64,000 nucleotides of DNA. It comes from Eledone cirrhosa (lineage: Eukaryota). Every line of letters starts with the position of its first letter. The stretch's first letter is position 1. A program made the translations under genes and the position numbers. The stretch is taken from contig OZ024753.1 of assembly GCA_964016885.1 (NCBI GenBank), forward strand, positions 22,630,001-22,694,000, written 5' to 3'. Positions 30,135 through 47,439 of the stretch are shown here, piece after piece. The notes beneath the pieces were generated by a model. It saw only the letters and a list, made by a program, of their open reading frames with translations. It was not told the origin of the DNA and made no database searches.

Positions 30135-30430
30135 CATATTAAATAAATGGAAACTATATTTATAAAACCATATTTATTTCATTATACATATTTCAGGGAT
30201 ACCAAATTAAAATATGGTATGCCTTCATCAGACAAAATACAATGAAGGCATACCATATTTTAATTTGGTATCCCTGAAATATGTATAATGAAATAAATAT
30301 GGTTTTATAAATATAGTTTCCATTTATTTAATATCGTATATCTACTCCAAAAACTTGTCGAGTGCTTTATATCAGTTATAAAATATTTACTTGTTGTATC
30401 CCAACAATTTTAAATAGAACTTTTGCATAT
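30135..30430. mobile_element. Fold-back family E mini-element; complete HHR on the minus arm (30174-30239), core-truncated HHR on the plus arm
   Basis: Inverted arms about a centre near 30229-30242; plus arm starts at atgaaggc, lacking CTG. Confidence 0.7.
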
Positions 30431-30459
30431 ATGTTTATATATATATGTTTATATATATT

Positions 30460-33250
30460 CATTAGTTAAGCAAAACAAGACCACAAATCTCACAAGGAAG
30501 ACATTATTAAAAGATTGTCAACATATTTTAGTTTGATGTAAGGAATGTAGAGAATAATAATAATAATATTGGCTTCTAACTAATTCACCAATCTCTCTTC
30601 TCTCCTATCTCCTCTCGTATCTCCATCTCTCTCTTTAAGATTGATTACTCTTGAACTGTGTATACTTGAGCTCCCGTAGTTGAGCTATTTACTGTGAGAA
30701 GTCACCATGTTGAGCAAGCAGGAACTCAGGATCTCACTTAAGTCCATACCTATCCCAGACAGGAAGACATACCTCAAACTCCTAATACAGAGTGTCAACT
30801 CTTTCATCCGAAGAATAAGATGGAAAGCCTTCCATTTCGACCGTACGGGTGCTGCTGACGCCGGAATTACAGCAAACATATATGGATTTACCACCTGCAA
30901 GAACCCCCCCCACACACACACACACACACGCACAATATCCTGCTGGACCCTTTTGAGAAAGATCTATTCAACTTCGTCAGGAGCATTAAATTCAAAAAGC
31001 ATTATAGATACAAGAATAATTTCCTCACAAAATTAGCAACAACTATAAAAAAATTTAAATATAGCCACCTCTTACATGTTATGTCTGACAAAACTAAAAA
31101 TCTATACACCATGACTCCTGAAACTTACAACTCTTTCCTTCTTAAGGAACTTAATAAAAACTATAAAAAAAACTATACCCTCCAGTGTAAACGTACTTAA
31201 TCGAAAAACCCAGGCTTTGGTTAAGGACTTGCATCTGGATAGATTTACCTACCCTTATGTACCAACAACCCCAAGGTTCTCTCTCGGCATCGTCCCTGTA
31301 TATTCCGGCTTGCAAGGGTTGGATTTTGGCTCTGATGTTATGTAATAGGTAAATTTCAACTAAATCGGTGATTTGCGCAAAGTCACTTGAGCCCATCGTG
31401 ATGTCAAAGTTGTCTGTTCTGTCTTTACTAGTCCAGAGTGCTCCGTTGAATTCAATGATGGTCTGCCTAGCCATAAGTATGATGTCAATCTCATTATTCG
31501 TTATGTCCGAGTTGGTGCTGATTAGGGTTAATGCTTTGTTGAGCAGTTACGGAGTTATTGAAGCGTAATAGCTGTCAATGTCAAATTGGATGAACCTCAT
31601 AGATTGCTTGGACCTTAGATCGGAGAACCATCTAATGACTTGGCCGGTGTTGGACCACAACTTGTAGGTGATATCATCCCGTAGCCCAGGGATGATCCTA
31701 TCAAGGATGTTCTTACTGATACGACCCAGGTCGGATGTGGTTGGGCTTATAAGTCTAATAGATGGGTTCTCTATAAAGTTAAACTCATTCTCCACAACAC
31801 CTAAGCTATCTAGCCACATCGCATTCAGTAACCATCATAAACTAAGACAGTATAACTCCCACACCGCGGTACCACCACCCCTATCAAATACACCACGCCA
31901 CTACACCAATACTTACTCTAGTAGCACACCTGCCCCATGTAATCCTTCTAACACTAACCAACAGCTTAGGTTAAACTACCCTACTCTCACTAACCGCAGA
32001 AGTAACTGCAACTGCCGCTACCCTAATGCATGCCCACTAAATGGACACTGCATGACACCCAACATAGTCTATAGGTGCACGGTTAAAACTGCTTCGAATA
32101 CCAGCTCCTATATCGGGTCTACCTCTAACCCTTTTAAGGTACGTTATAACGCGCACTCTTTTTCCTTCCGAGATCCTAACAACAGATGTTCGACATCTCT
32201 AGCTAGGCTCATTAAAAACCTTAAATTTACCAACATTGAACACTCACTAACATGGGATATCTTAGCTAGGGCCCAACCGTTCAATGGACGAAGAAAATCT
32301 TGTGATCTCTGTATTACCGAAGCATATTACATAACTCTATCACGACCTCTACCGATTAACGATAGAACGGAGGTAACTATTAGCTGTCAACATCGAAGGG
32401 CTAATTCCTTCGTCAACAGAATATTTGACCCAACATAGTCATCTAGCCCCATTTTTACTTGTATCTAATAAGTTAAATAGCTATAACTAACTTAGATAAT
32501 TATAAGTTACCTCCCTTACATTGTCTCTCAATTAAAAAAATTAAAAAATTAGCACTTAACTATAAACTACCTACAATTTCTAATCTCTCGAGGAGTTACT
32601 TCCGCTGAAACCACCCTCTAATTATTAAGGTAAATATGTCCATTGGCGGCCATCTTGTTACCCATAGACAGATCTCACACAATGCAGCATCGTCAGAAGA
32701 ATACTGCTTGATTATGGCAGACAATTGATACACCCAGGACACCGTAGTGAAATACCAACACATGGAACATTACATTTATGTAACATTCTCTCCTTATTTT
32801 AATTTATATTACTTTGAAGTTCCGATGAGCCGCTCTATCTTTAACTATGTTAATTATTTTCAGCTGAACCAGATCAATAATGATATATAGTCATTTGTTC
32901 CAGAAATATTATATGGAGTAGCGAAACAATTGTAAACGGACATTATTATTATTAATATTATTATTATTATTCTCTACATTCCTTACATCAAACTAAAATA
33001 TGTTGACAATCTTTTAAAAATGTCTTCCTAGTGAAATTTGTGGTCTCGTTTTGCTTAACTAATGAATATTTCCAGCTCTGTGCGCCTAACTTCAGCATGA
33101 ACCCAGCAACGTAGCTGCTTTCCACTGCATATTGCACATTGAGCACATGCCTTTACGCTTTGGCTTCTAACTAATTCACCAATCTCTCGGTCCTATCTCC
33201 TCTCCTATCTCTCTCTCTCTCTTTAAGATTGGTTACTCTTGAACTGTGTA
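30460..33250 (+). mobile_element. Rearranged Penelope-like element: pLTR pieces, N-terminus (+), inverted RT segment (-), EN (+), pLTR
   Basis: 30707 SLKSIPIP...FIRRIRWKA (+); 31285-31760 QFDIDSYYASI, FDITMGS, GIYRDDA (-); 31770-32438 CNC..CPLNGHC, YIGST (+); 30570-30662 repeats 33161-33250. Confidence 0.85.
32819..32937 (+). ncRNA. Hammerhead-like motif with CCGATGA core and long stem II insert
   Basis: gtt CCGATGA gccgctctat...atggagtagc GAAA caattg TA aac. Confidence 0.55.
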
Positions 33251-33251
33251 T

Positions 33252-33315
<64 letters not shown>

Positions 33316-33321
<6 letters not shown>

Positions 33322-34264
33322 AGAACAAAAGATGGTTAAAAGAGTTCCATGTATTTTATTATGCGCATTTCAAAAACAAATATCATCATGCAATAATATT
33401 TGTGTTTTCATCAGATAAAAGAGGAAGACATGATATGAAGGTTAAAAAACACTTGTAGATAGTGCAGTTTTAAATCACCATATGAGAAGTAGTTTTAGAT
33501 TGATGTGTGATATTGGGAAAAATATTTTATTTTGAGGGGGGTGGAAAGGATGAAAAAGAGGAAGAGATGAGAGTAAAAAGTGGAGAGGGAGGAGTATAAT
33601 GAGGAAGGATGAGATAGGAGGAGCGATGGGTGATAGAGAGAGAGAGATAACTTTTATAACTGAGAAAGATATATTGTTTTACATAGAGAGGTTGAAAACC
33701 GTTGGAAGATAATGTATAAATTAAAAGAATTTGAAAATTAACGAAGAGAAAAATAATGTAAAGTTAAGGTTTGTATATTGAGGGGTTTAATAATATGTGC
33801 GATGAAAAGAAAATGTTTATATGTATTAAGAATAATATTTAAGTGTTTAATAACATGTGCGATTGAAAGAAAAAGTTAATATGTATTAAGAATGATATTT
33901 AAGGGTTTAATAATATGTGCGATGGAAAGAAAATGTTGATATGTATTATTAAAAAGAACAACAGGTAATTTAAGTAAGGATATATTGTGAGATGAGCATG
34001 AATGAGTTAGATGAAAGGGAGAAAAGAATAATGAATTGAGGATGAATAATCTAACGTCAAAAAATGTTTATGTTTACGAAGGATTTTTACAAGGTGATAT
34101 AGAGTGAGAATGTATTGTATTATGTAATAATTGACTCTATGTTAGGCAACAGTGAGAAAAGGTACAGATTAGGGGTTAGACATTAAAAGTCCTACAAACT
34201 GTAGAGTGCTTCTTATCCGATAACTGCATTGCTTTATTGTACTACAATAAAACTCACCTCCTAC
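33316..34264 (-). mobile_element. Inverted 3' UTR/pLTR of the 3584-6220 family with direct-orientation tail (34188-34264); HHR at 33352-33420
   Basis: Reverse complement of ~5265-6130; tail matches 6144-6220 directly. Confidence 0.8.
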
Positions 34265-34315
34265 ATATATGTATATATATATATATGTTTATATATATAT
34301 ATATATGTTTATATA

Positions 34316-35630
34316 TAGCGGCGATGAATTAGTTTTGCGAGGTTTTTTATATGAAATCGTGTGTCGAAACAAATATTGTTATACTTGGGGAGGGTCATAT
34401 TTGTGTAATATTGCCAGAATTAATAACAGAACACATTCACTGTTTAGTTGGTTTTCGCTTCTCGCTTCTGTGTCTTTTATATCGGTAATCTAATACACTC
34501 GGTCCTCAATGTTGCCATTGACTGACCGGCGGTCAAAAATAATACAGATACAATATAGACACAAACACATATATATAGTTTATCATAAATCTTTTGTTGC
34601 ACATCTGCAACATCGTCAGTGGTGCTATATTTTCCTCCTGTTGTATTGTATGTCTACGCCATTTTTATTCAGTCTGTCTATATATTTATTTATTTATTTG
34701 CTTGCTTGTTTATTTTATTTTGTCTTCTTTGCGCATGTGTTTGCGTGTGTGTATAGTGTTTTGTTTGCTGTGTGATGGGTGACTAGTGTGTGTTTATGTG
34801 CTTGTTGTTATTGTGCTTGTGTATGTATTTATTTATTTATTTATTAATTTATTTTATGTTATTTACTTATTTATACTTCTCTTAGGTCAGTGTTGTTTGT
34901 TTGGGTGTTGTTGTTATTCCATTCATTCTTTCTGTTTAACCTTGGTCTTCTAATTTCTATTTCACTGGCCTCTCTGATTTGCCTATCTGCTGGGCCATTT
35001 CTATGTTTAGATATTATTCTAATTTCTATGTTGTCTATGTTACCGTCATGTTGTTGTCTAGCATGTTCGTATAGTACTGACCCGTTTTTTCGTCCTTTTA
35101 GTTCCCCCCAGTGTTGGTCTCTCCTTTCACCTATGCTACGAGCTGTCTCACCTATGTATGTTGTTGTCATGTTTCTGCAAGTACCCTCTGTACATCTTAT
35201 GCTATAGACTACGTTTCTAGTTTTACAGTTTATCCGGGGGTTCACCTTACATATGATACATTTCCTATTGGTACAGTGGGTTTTCTTAAAAGGGTAGGTT
35301 TTGCTGATCAGGGATTTTATGGTGGTTCCTGGCTTTTCTACCACCTTTATTTTTAAGTGGGTCTTTCTCAGAGCCTTTCTACACTGGTTAGCTAATTTCC
35401 CTCCAGGGGTAGCGTCCACAAACATGACACTCTGGTATCTCTGGTTGTCGTTCCATGAGGTGGCTTTCCCTACCTTATGTCTAGCCCTATCTAAGCTATT
35501 CCATGATTTTCTCCTGTATAATGGGCAAATTCCTTTCATGTCCAGTTCTATGAGGGTCTTATACTTCTCCATGGCTCCTTCGTATACTCTGATTCTGTCT
35601 CTTTGGTTGTAGCCAGAGAACTGCATGCGG
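34316..35630 (-). mobile_element. 5'-truncated Penelope-like element (GIY-YIG ORF 34871-35626, 3' UTR, pLTR with degenerate HHR at 34584-34621)
   Basis: SGY, FVDATPGG, VVEKPG, NVVY...YIGETARS, P.LNRK.E; CTGACGA tgttgca gatg tgcaac AAAA. Confidence 0.85.
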
Positions 35631-35639
35631 TTGATGAAG

Positions 35640-36015
35640 TGTTGGCATCACCTTCAAGATACACCCAAGGCTTGGGCCCCGTGCTATCCGTCCCATTCAA
35701 AAATCTAAATCGCAACTCATAACAACAATACGGCACAATTATTTCACCTCAATCGGCCCTGCTCTCTTCAACATCACACCAGGACACGTCAAAACAGAAA
35801 CTGACCACACAAAATTCAAGAAGTCTTTGGACAAATTCCTCCAAGTAATCCCGGACAAACCACCCACACCCGGATATGTCTCCGCAAACAGTAATTCTCT
35901 TCTCGAATGGGCCATGGTGCCCAAATCCTGAATTGAAAGACTTCGCCAGGTGGTGCTATTAAGTTAGACGTGGCCTGGGCCAATACTGGCCAAAACATTT
36001 CAAAGTTATTCAAAG
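35640..36015 (+). mobile_element. 3' end of a CR1/Jockey-group LINE
   Basis: Translates to IGPALFNITP...FKKSLDKFLQVIPDKPPTPGY...SNSLLEW. Confidence 0.65.
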
Positions 36016-36122
36016 TTATATATATGTTTATATATATATATATGTTTATATATATGTATATACATATATATATATGTTTATATATATATATGTTTATATA
36101 TATATATATGTTTATATATGTT

Positions 36123-36157
<35 letters not shown>

Positions 36158-36669
36158 TTATAAATGTTTATATATATATAAACATATATATATATATACA
36201 TATAAACATATATATATATATATAAACATAGATAATGTAGGAAGTGAGTAATATTGTAGAACAAACCTTCTCAACGGGGGTCATATGTACTCCAGGTGGC
36301 GTTTTGGAACTCCAGGGGGGCGTCAGAGAGGCACTAGAAGGCTCTTTACTTTTGTAGGTTTTATAAACCATATCTATATGTCTCTGAGACAGCCAGTTTG
36401 AATGCATTTGAATGAGCATGCAGACAGCATAACTATGGTCTGACCGCAGCTGTACGCAGGTGTGCAGGTGTGTCTAGACATTAATCGGCAATTGAGATCC
36501 TAAAAATGGAAAATCCCACAGTCAACTGGGTCAAGGAGACTTTGAGCGCAGCCAGTTAGAATCTTGTCTTTCCTTCACCGATAACAATGTATTTCATGTC
36601 TGAAATTATTGACTCAACCGTAATGAGTTAACACTATGTAGATATATTTAATTCCCTATTGTATAAATA

Positions 36670-37000
36670 AACACGTAAGCAGGTACTACACACACCTAGG
36701 ACCACATAGAGCTCATAATCGGGTAGCACACACATCTAGGACCACATACAACACATAATCAGATAATACACACATCTAGGACCACATACAACACATAAGC
36801 AGGTAATACACACACCTAGGACCACATACCACACATAAGCAGGTAATACATACATCTAGGACGACATACAACACATAAGGAGGTAATACACACATCTAGC
36901 GCTACATACAACACACAAGCAGGTAATACATACAGCTGGGACCACATCCAATACATAAGCAAGTAATACATACATCTAGGAGCACATACAACACACATTG
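36670..37000. repeat. ~40-bp minisatellite, about 8 copies, within the hAT element
   Basis: Repeated taagcaggtaatacacacatctaggaccacatacaacaca. Confidence 0.85.
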
Positions 37001-37002
37001 TA

Positions 37003-38036
37003 TCATGTGCTACGGACGACACAAGAGCAATGGTCGGCCAACATAAGGGTTTCGTCACTCTTCTGAAGAGAGAAAATCCATCTGTATTTGCTGTTCATTG
37101 TGTCATTCACCGACAACACTTGGCTGCGAAGAAACTCAATGAGCCGCTGAGCAAGTCCTTGCAGGTGGTCATTGATGTCATCAATTTTATCAAACGCCAT
37201 TCCCTCAATGAACGAATTTTTCGGCAACTGTGCCAAGATAATGACGAAGAATTCGTCAAGCTGCTCCTTCATACTGAAGTGAGGTTGCTTTCTTTGAACT
37301 GTTTGACTATCATTGAGTTTCTTCGAGGACGCAACACAGAACTGTACAAGAAAACCCTCGATGTGAGGCAAGACTGCACCTACCTCGCTAACATCTTCGA
37401 CAAATGCAATAGCGTCATTATGGCTTTGCAGGGGAAGAAGATCACATTGCTTAAAGAGTAAGGAGTGCTGTAAAAACATTCCTGGCCAAATAGAATGTCA
37501 TTGAAAGGAATCTTTGTTGACGGGAATTCTATAATTTTCCTAGTGTCGCCAATGTTCAAAACATTGTAAGCGATGACCAACTCTAAATTTATACCGCTCA
37601 CCTCCGTGCACTACAAGACAACATGAAAGAACGGTTTGTTGACCTTTTGCCGATGAACATCCCAATGTGGATAGCAGATCCCTTCATAGCTACCGTCGAC
37701 GATTTAGACGATACATTTCAGGAAGAATTCATTGAACTTCCAGCAGATGACATGATCAAAATTAGATTTCCCAAAATAGGTGAACCCCTTTTTTGGATGC
37801 AAGAGGAAGTTCAGCGTCGATTTCCACTCGTACATGCAGAGGCTAAGAGATTTTCTCTGCCTTTTCCAAGCTCATACTTAGTTGAGAGGAGGTTTGGTGC
37901 TGCTTCCAGACTGCTAAGTATGTCTCGCAACCGCTACAATGTATTTACACGAGGAGATCTCTGGCTACATCTTACGAAAATTCAGCCTCACGTCAAAGAG
38001 TTAGCTAGACTCCATGAAGCTCAAGGGTTCCATTGA
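37003..38036 (+). pseudogene. hAT transposase C-terminal half (SCAND3/ZBED8/GTF2IRD2-like)
   Basis: TDDTRAMVG, HCVIHRQHLAAK (CxxH), LLLHTEVRLLS, PFPSSYLVERRF; stops between 37461 and 37623. Confidence 0.88.
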
Positions 38037-38709
38037 AATGAGGTCAAAGTTAAAGTAAGTTGATTTATCCGAAAACTTGGATATGCTAATGTTACAAAGG
38101 AAACTGACAGTTTTTTCATTTGTAGTTGCAGTCTGACTGGACTGGAAACCATCTACTACATTTTATATACCATCTACTATATTTTACCACTTACTAATAA
38201 ATATACCCTCTTCTATGGTCTCTAAGCTCATAAAGCGGAGGGGACATCAAGTTAGATATCAACATTTATTCTGTCCGTTTCATTAAAGGGAAAATTGGAA
38301 AGCTTTGAAATGATATAATTGCCACTTTCTTCCAGATAAGAGCACTCTTTGGATAAACAGAGTTGCTCTTGTATAAATGTTCAAAATAGCTGGTATCGTC
38401 TGATGGGAATATAACAAATCCAACTGGTCCTTCATCAGCACCGTTTTACGTCCGTTCTTCCACGTTAGCATGAGTTAGACGGGTTGTCCTGTTGTAGGCA
38501 GTGTCCGGTCGGCTGACATTGTCTTGCTCATACGGGAACTGATTCTGGCTTGATTTCTACAGCTGGATACCCTTCCTAACACCACCCTCATTTACAGTGA
38601 GTGCTGGGTGCTTTTTTCCGTGGCGCCTACACGTCCACTTTTACAGTGTGGGTTGGGTGCTTTTTTTGACGTGGCACCTCCACGACCACTATGCAGTGGA
38701 ATGATAGGG

Positions 38710-38868
38710 ACCCGAGTCCTATCATCTCATTTCTACAGCTGAGTAAACTGGAGCAATGTGAAATAAAGTGTCTTGCTCAAGGAAACAACACATCACCCGG
38801 CCCGAGAATTGAACTCAGAACCTTTCGATTGCAAGCCCAATGCTCTAACCACTAAGCCATGCGCCTTC
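38710..38868 (-). mobile_element. tRNA-derived SINE nested in the hAT element
   Basis: Minus strand ggcgcatggcttagtggttagagc (A box), gagttcaattc (B box), core-like tccttgagcaagacactt. Confidence 0.75.
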
Positions 38869-39189
38869 CTTATTCATAAAACAGAACATTTATGTTCCTT
38901 TTTTTGAAATTTAAATATTTCCTTTCAAGGAATGTAATTATACTCTCAGCTGCCTGCAATGGTATCTATGGAATATTGTTAATCAATTTTTTAGTAATCG
39001 ACTGATATCAAAATCAGTAATATATTGAAAAATGGAAAAATAGCGTGGGGGCGTTTCATGATTTCGAGGGACAAAAGGCCTAAATGGGTTGAGAACCTGT
39101 GTTGTAAAACAATAAAACTATGCATATATCACTTAAGTAGCACTCAACAGTTGGTAGCACTCAACAGTTGGTAGAACTGGAGTATATAT

Positions 39190-39480
39190 AAAGAAATTAA
39201 AAGATGGTTAAAAAAGTTCCATATATTTTATTATGCGCATTTCGAAAACAACATCCTCAGGGACAAAAATTGTGTTCTCATCAGATAAAATGAGGTAACA
39301 TGATATGAGGCCACTTGTGAACAGACTGTACACTTTCTTGTTCACAAGTGTTTTTAGGACTCATATCATGTTACCTGAATTTATCTGATGAGAACACAAT
39401 TTTTGTCCCTGATGATGTTGTTTTCGAAATGCGCATAATAAAATATATGGAACTTTTTTTAACCATCTTTTAATTTCTTC
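39190..39480. ncRNA. Fold-back pair of type I hammerheads (39225-39291 minus; 39379-39444 plus), related to the 6024 family
   Basis: CTGATGA gaacacaat...gttgttttc GAAA tgcgca TA ataaaat on both strands of a ~290-bp imperfect hairpin. Confidence 0.8.
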
Positions 39481-39493
39481 TTTATAAACATAT

Positions 39494-40125
39494 ATGGAAA
39501 AGAATGAAACGAAAGTTCATTTCTCACTCTTAGTACGGCAGTTACTTAAATGTAAGTATGTATGTATACGTACATACATACAATGTATACATACGTACAG
39601 AAGTATGTATATATATACATACATGCACACACACATATATATATATATGTACGTATGGGTTTACCGAACATTTATTATAATGCTCGGTTTGTTTGTAAAC
39701 AAACAGCCCGAATTACGCCGTACAGTGTTTAGGCAACCATCGTCGCCCCTTTGTTCAACACTGACACAGGGACGATGTACTACTTTCAAACTTATTAGGT
39801 ATCGTCAGCATCGTATACCTTTCTGTCAGATCATTGAACGTCTGAAAGTATATACTTTCCTTGTGCATATTAACGGCCGAGTAGCCTAATTTGCATATCG
39901 AGTGAGTTACTCGGCCGGGCGCACCGAAAACGGTAAATGGAAAAGAATGAAACGAAATTTCATTTCTCGCTCTTAGTACTGCTGGTACAAACTGTGTATT
40001 ATAATAAATGTTCGGTAAACCCATACGTACATATATATATATATATATGTGCATGTATGTATATATATACATACTACTGTACGTCTGTATACATATATGT
40101 ATGTACGTATACATACATACATACA
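39494..40125 (-). mobile_element. Family D repeat: one full 443-bp period plus an inverted piece; HHR at 39772-39814
   Basis: atggaaaagaatgaaacgaaa...cttagtac at 39494 and 39937; 39998-40125 is the reverse complement of ~39545-39680. Confidence 0.75.
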
Positions 40126-40179
40126 TTTAAAAACACATATATATATATATATATATATAACCATATATATATATATATA

Positions 40180-40277
<98 letters not shown>

Positions 40278-40378
40278 AACATATATATATATATGTTTAT
40301 ATATGAATATGTATATATGTTTATTTATATATATATATGTTTATATATAAATATATATATGTTTTTATATATGTGTGT

Positions 40379-40416
<38 letters not shown>

Positions 40417-40651
40417 ATTAGAGTTAAAACTCAATTGGAACCCTGCAACTATTAAGCTCAAAGTATAAATACTGAGCTCAAAGTATAAATACTGAGGGCG
40501 AAACAGATTAGGGATAATCTGTCCGAGAGATATAATGGTTATTGAGGCGGTTTGTATATTTTATCATTCTGTCTGCTTCTTGGTTAAATATTTCAAACAA
40601 ATGTGGTTTTTCAACCCTTGTAATTTTAGACACACGGTTTACTCCGTTTCT

Positions 40652-40738
<87 letters not shown>

Positions 40739-41174
40739 AATATATGTTTATATATATGTTTAGTAAAATAACATTAAAGTTTAAGCAAAAAATCTCTTCT
40801 TTCACCCATAACGAGATCATCTGAAACTAACAAAATAAATCTGTGAACGCAGAAGTAAATATTTCGAAAAACATTTCAACCGAAGGAAGACAGGAAGACG
40901 ATACTTTGGTTTGTGGAAACGTTCCCTTGCAAAGAACGGAAAAAACGAAGATAATATGTCATTATTTGAAGTGGTGAAAATAATTACACGCAAAGACATT
41001 ACCACGTTTATATATATATATGTTTATATATAATGCTATATATAATGCTATATATATATGTATATATATATGTTTATTATAATGCTCGGTTTGTATGTAA
41101 ACAAACAGCCCGAATTATTAGCCGTACAGTATTCGGCAACCATCGTTGCCATTTTGTTCAACACTGACAAAGGA

Positions 41175-41217
41175 ACGATGAACTAGTTTCTAGCTTATTA
41201 GCAGTCATCAGCACCGT
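41175..41217 (-). ncRNA. Minimal hammerhead (family D)
   Basis: Minus strand acggtg CTGATGA ctgctaataagcta GAAA ctag TT catcgt. Confidence 0.65.
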
Positions 41218-41284
41218 ATACCTTCCTGACAGATGATTGAACGTTTGAAAGTATATATAAATATATATATATATATATATAAAT

Positions 41285-43827
<2,543 letters not shown>

Positions 43828-44812
43828 AAGGCTAATAGAATAAACTTATGGTATGATAGCAATAAATACCAGAGTGTAATGTTCATCGATACAACCCCTA
43901 GAGGTGAATTAGCTTACAAATTTAGAAGGGCCGTAGATAAACATAAACTCAATATTAAGATAGTAGAAAGACCAGGTACCTCCGTAAAAACACTTATTAG
44001 CAAGACATACCCATTTCAAAGACCGTCATGTATAGATAAGAAATGTATAACCTGTAAAATAAGCCCCCATATTAACTGTAAAACTAGAAATGTAGTGTAT
44101 AGCATAAGATGTACTGAAGGACAATGTAGAGACAAAAATATAGTATACATAGGTGAGACAGCTCGTAGTGTAGGGGAACGGATAAATGAACACTGGCGAG
44201 ACCTTCAAGATAGTAAAGAATCATCTGTACTCTACCAACATGCTAAAATAGAACACAAGGGTAAATTAGAGAACATAGAAATAAAAATAGAATCTACACA
44301 CAGAAAAGACGCAATGTTTAGACAAATCACAGAGGCAATACACATAAAAGAATTACAACCAAAATTAAATAGAAAATATGAGTGGAACAGCAACATCACA
44401 ACTTACAATTAAGGACAAAATGAAAACACACACACACATAGAACAAACAACCAACCAGTAACATGTAAATAAACAAATAAATAAATGAACATAAACACAC
44501 ACAGACACCCGGATGTGGCGCATGCGCAGACTGAGCACACAACACACACACAGAAACAAAATGGCGTAGGACAGAACAAAGGAGAGGCACAAAAACAAAG
44601 AAAAGAATCCCCAGTCACTGAAGAGGTCACAGAGTGTGTGACGAAAGAACTATGACAATATATAAACAACTATCTGGTTGTAGAACCAGCCAACCAGAAA
44701 TTTATGGATTTATAAATTTATAAATTTATAAATCTATTATAATAAATTGAAGTGAAAGCAACTGGTGCGTGTGTTTCTTATTGGCAACATGACCCACCCA
44801 AAGTATAACAAT
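43828..44812 (+). mobile_element. 5'-truncated Penelope-like element (GIY-YIG ORF 43879-44412, 3' UTR, pLTR)
   Basis: Paralogous to 34871-35626; NVVYSIRC, YIGETARS, ERINEH; HHR at 44614-44656. Confidence 0.85.
44614..44656 (+). ncRNA. Minimal type I hammerhead
   Basis: gtca CTGAAGA g gtcaca gagtg tgtgac GAAA gaac TA tgac. Confidence 0.78.
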
Positions 44813-44825
44813 ATATATATATATT

Positions 44826-44887
<62 letters not shown>

Positions 44888-44925
44888 TATTTATATATAT
44901 TTAAATATATATATATATATAAATA

Positions 44926-44963
<38 letters not shown>

Positions 44964-44990
44964 AATATATTTATATATATATATATATAA

Positions 44991-45035
<45 letters not shown>

Positions 45036-45059
45036 TAATTACATATATATATATAAATA

Positions 45060-45122
<63 letters not shown>

Positions 45123-45124
45123 GA

Positions 45125-45181
<57 letters not shown>

Positions 45182-45190
45182 TATAAATAT

Positions 45191-45325
<135 letters not shown>

Positions 45326-45549
45326 TATGCAGAGGTTTTATTTAATTTGTTGGGATTCAACAAGCTTAAACAAATTTTTATAACTGATATAAAGCACTCA
45401 ACAATTAGTGAAGTAAATATACAATATATTAACAAATGGAAACTATATTCATAAAACCATATCATAAGACTATCCAGGAAGCTCCAACCGTTAAGGTTGT
45501 CTTTTTTTCCGGGTATGTCAATATTTATTTATAAAACTAATCTGTATTA

Positions 45550-45615
45550 TATTTTATCTGATGAAAGCGCACCATAATTTGCCTTGGTGGCCCTTGAAAT
45601 ATGTATAATAAAATA
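45550..45615 (+). ncRNA. Type I hammerhead (family E) in a partly inverted mini-element (45325-45675)
   Basis: tattttat CTGATGA aag...ctt GAAA tatgta TA ataaaata. Confidence 0.7.
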
Positions 45616-45689
45616 AATATGGTTTTATAAATATAGTTTCCATTTGTTAATATATTGTATATAAATATATACTCTTTTACTCTTTTACC

Positions 45690-47030
<1,341 letters not shown>

Positions 47031-47133
47031 AATGCAACCATTGTTTTTGGAAGTCATCCGGATGACTTCCAAAAACAATGGTTGCATTTTAATAGGGTAC
47101 GTCAAAGCTTATTTGTAAAACTGTTATATATTG

Positions 47134-47198
47134 TATTTTGTCTGATGAAGGCATACCATAATTTAATTTGTTATCCCTGAAATATGTATAATGAAATA
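47134..47198 (+). ncRNA. Type I hammerhead (family E)
   Basis: tattttgt CTGATGA agg...cct GAAA tatgta TA atgaaata; element 47030-47335 begins with a 60-bp perfect palindrome. Confidence 0.7.
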
Positions 47199-47439
47199 AA
47201 TATGGTTTTATAAATATAGTTTCCATTTATTAATATCGTATATCTACTCCAAATACTTGTCGAGTGCTTTATATCAGTTATAAAAATATTTACTTGTTGT
47301 ATCCCAACAATTTTAAATAGAACTTTTGGATATATATATATATATATACAGTATTTACGTATCGAGAGAGAAAAAAAAAGGGGAGGATAGGTGATACATA
47401 TAGTTATTTGCCAAGTAGCGTATGCCAAAGGTGCTCGAT

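Larger units (their letters stand above)
36262..39101 (+). mobile_element. hAT DNA transposon (Buster/Charlie type), decayed
   Basis: TIRs caaaccttctcaac (36262) and gttgagaacctgtg (39088-39101); 8-bp TSD ttgtagaa/ttgtaaaa with central TA; transposase remnants. Confidence 0.85.

Noticed and set aside
36670-37000. Regular ~40-bp repeats as a possible CRISPR array
   Set aside because: Contiguous degenerate tandem units without unique spacers, no cas genes, eukaryotic context
38790-38868. tRNA gene
   Set aside because: A and B boxes are followed by a SINE body and no intact cloverleaf could be formed
40495-40530. GAAA cagatta ggga taatctg TC, resembling an HHR 3' half
   Set aside because: No CUGAnGA core upstream; at best a truncated remnant
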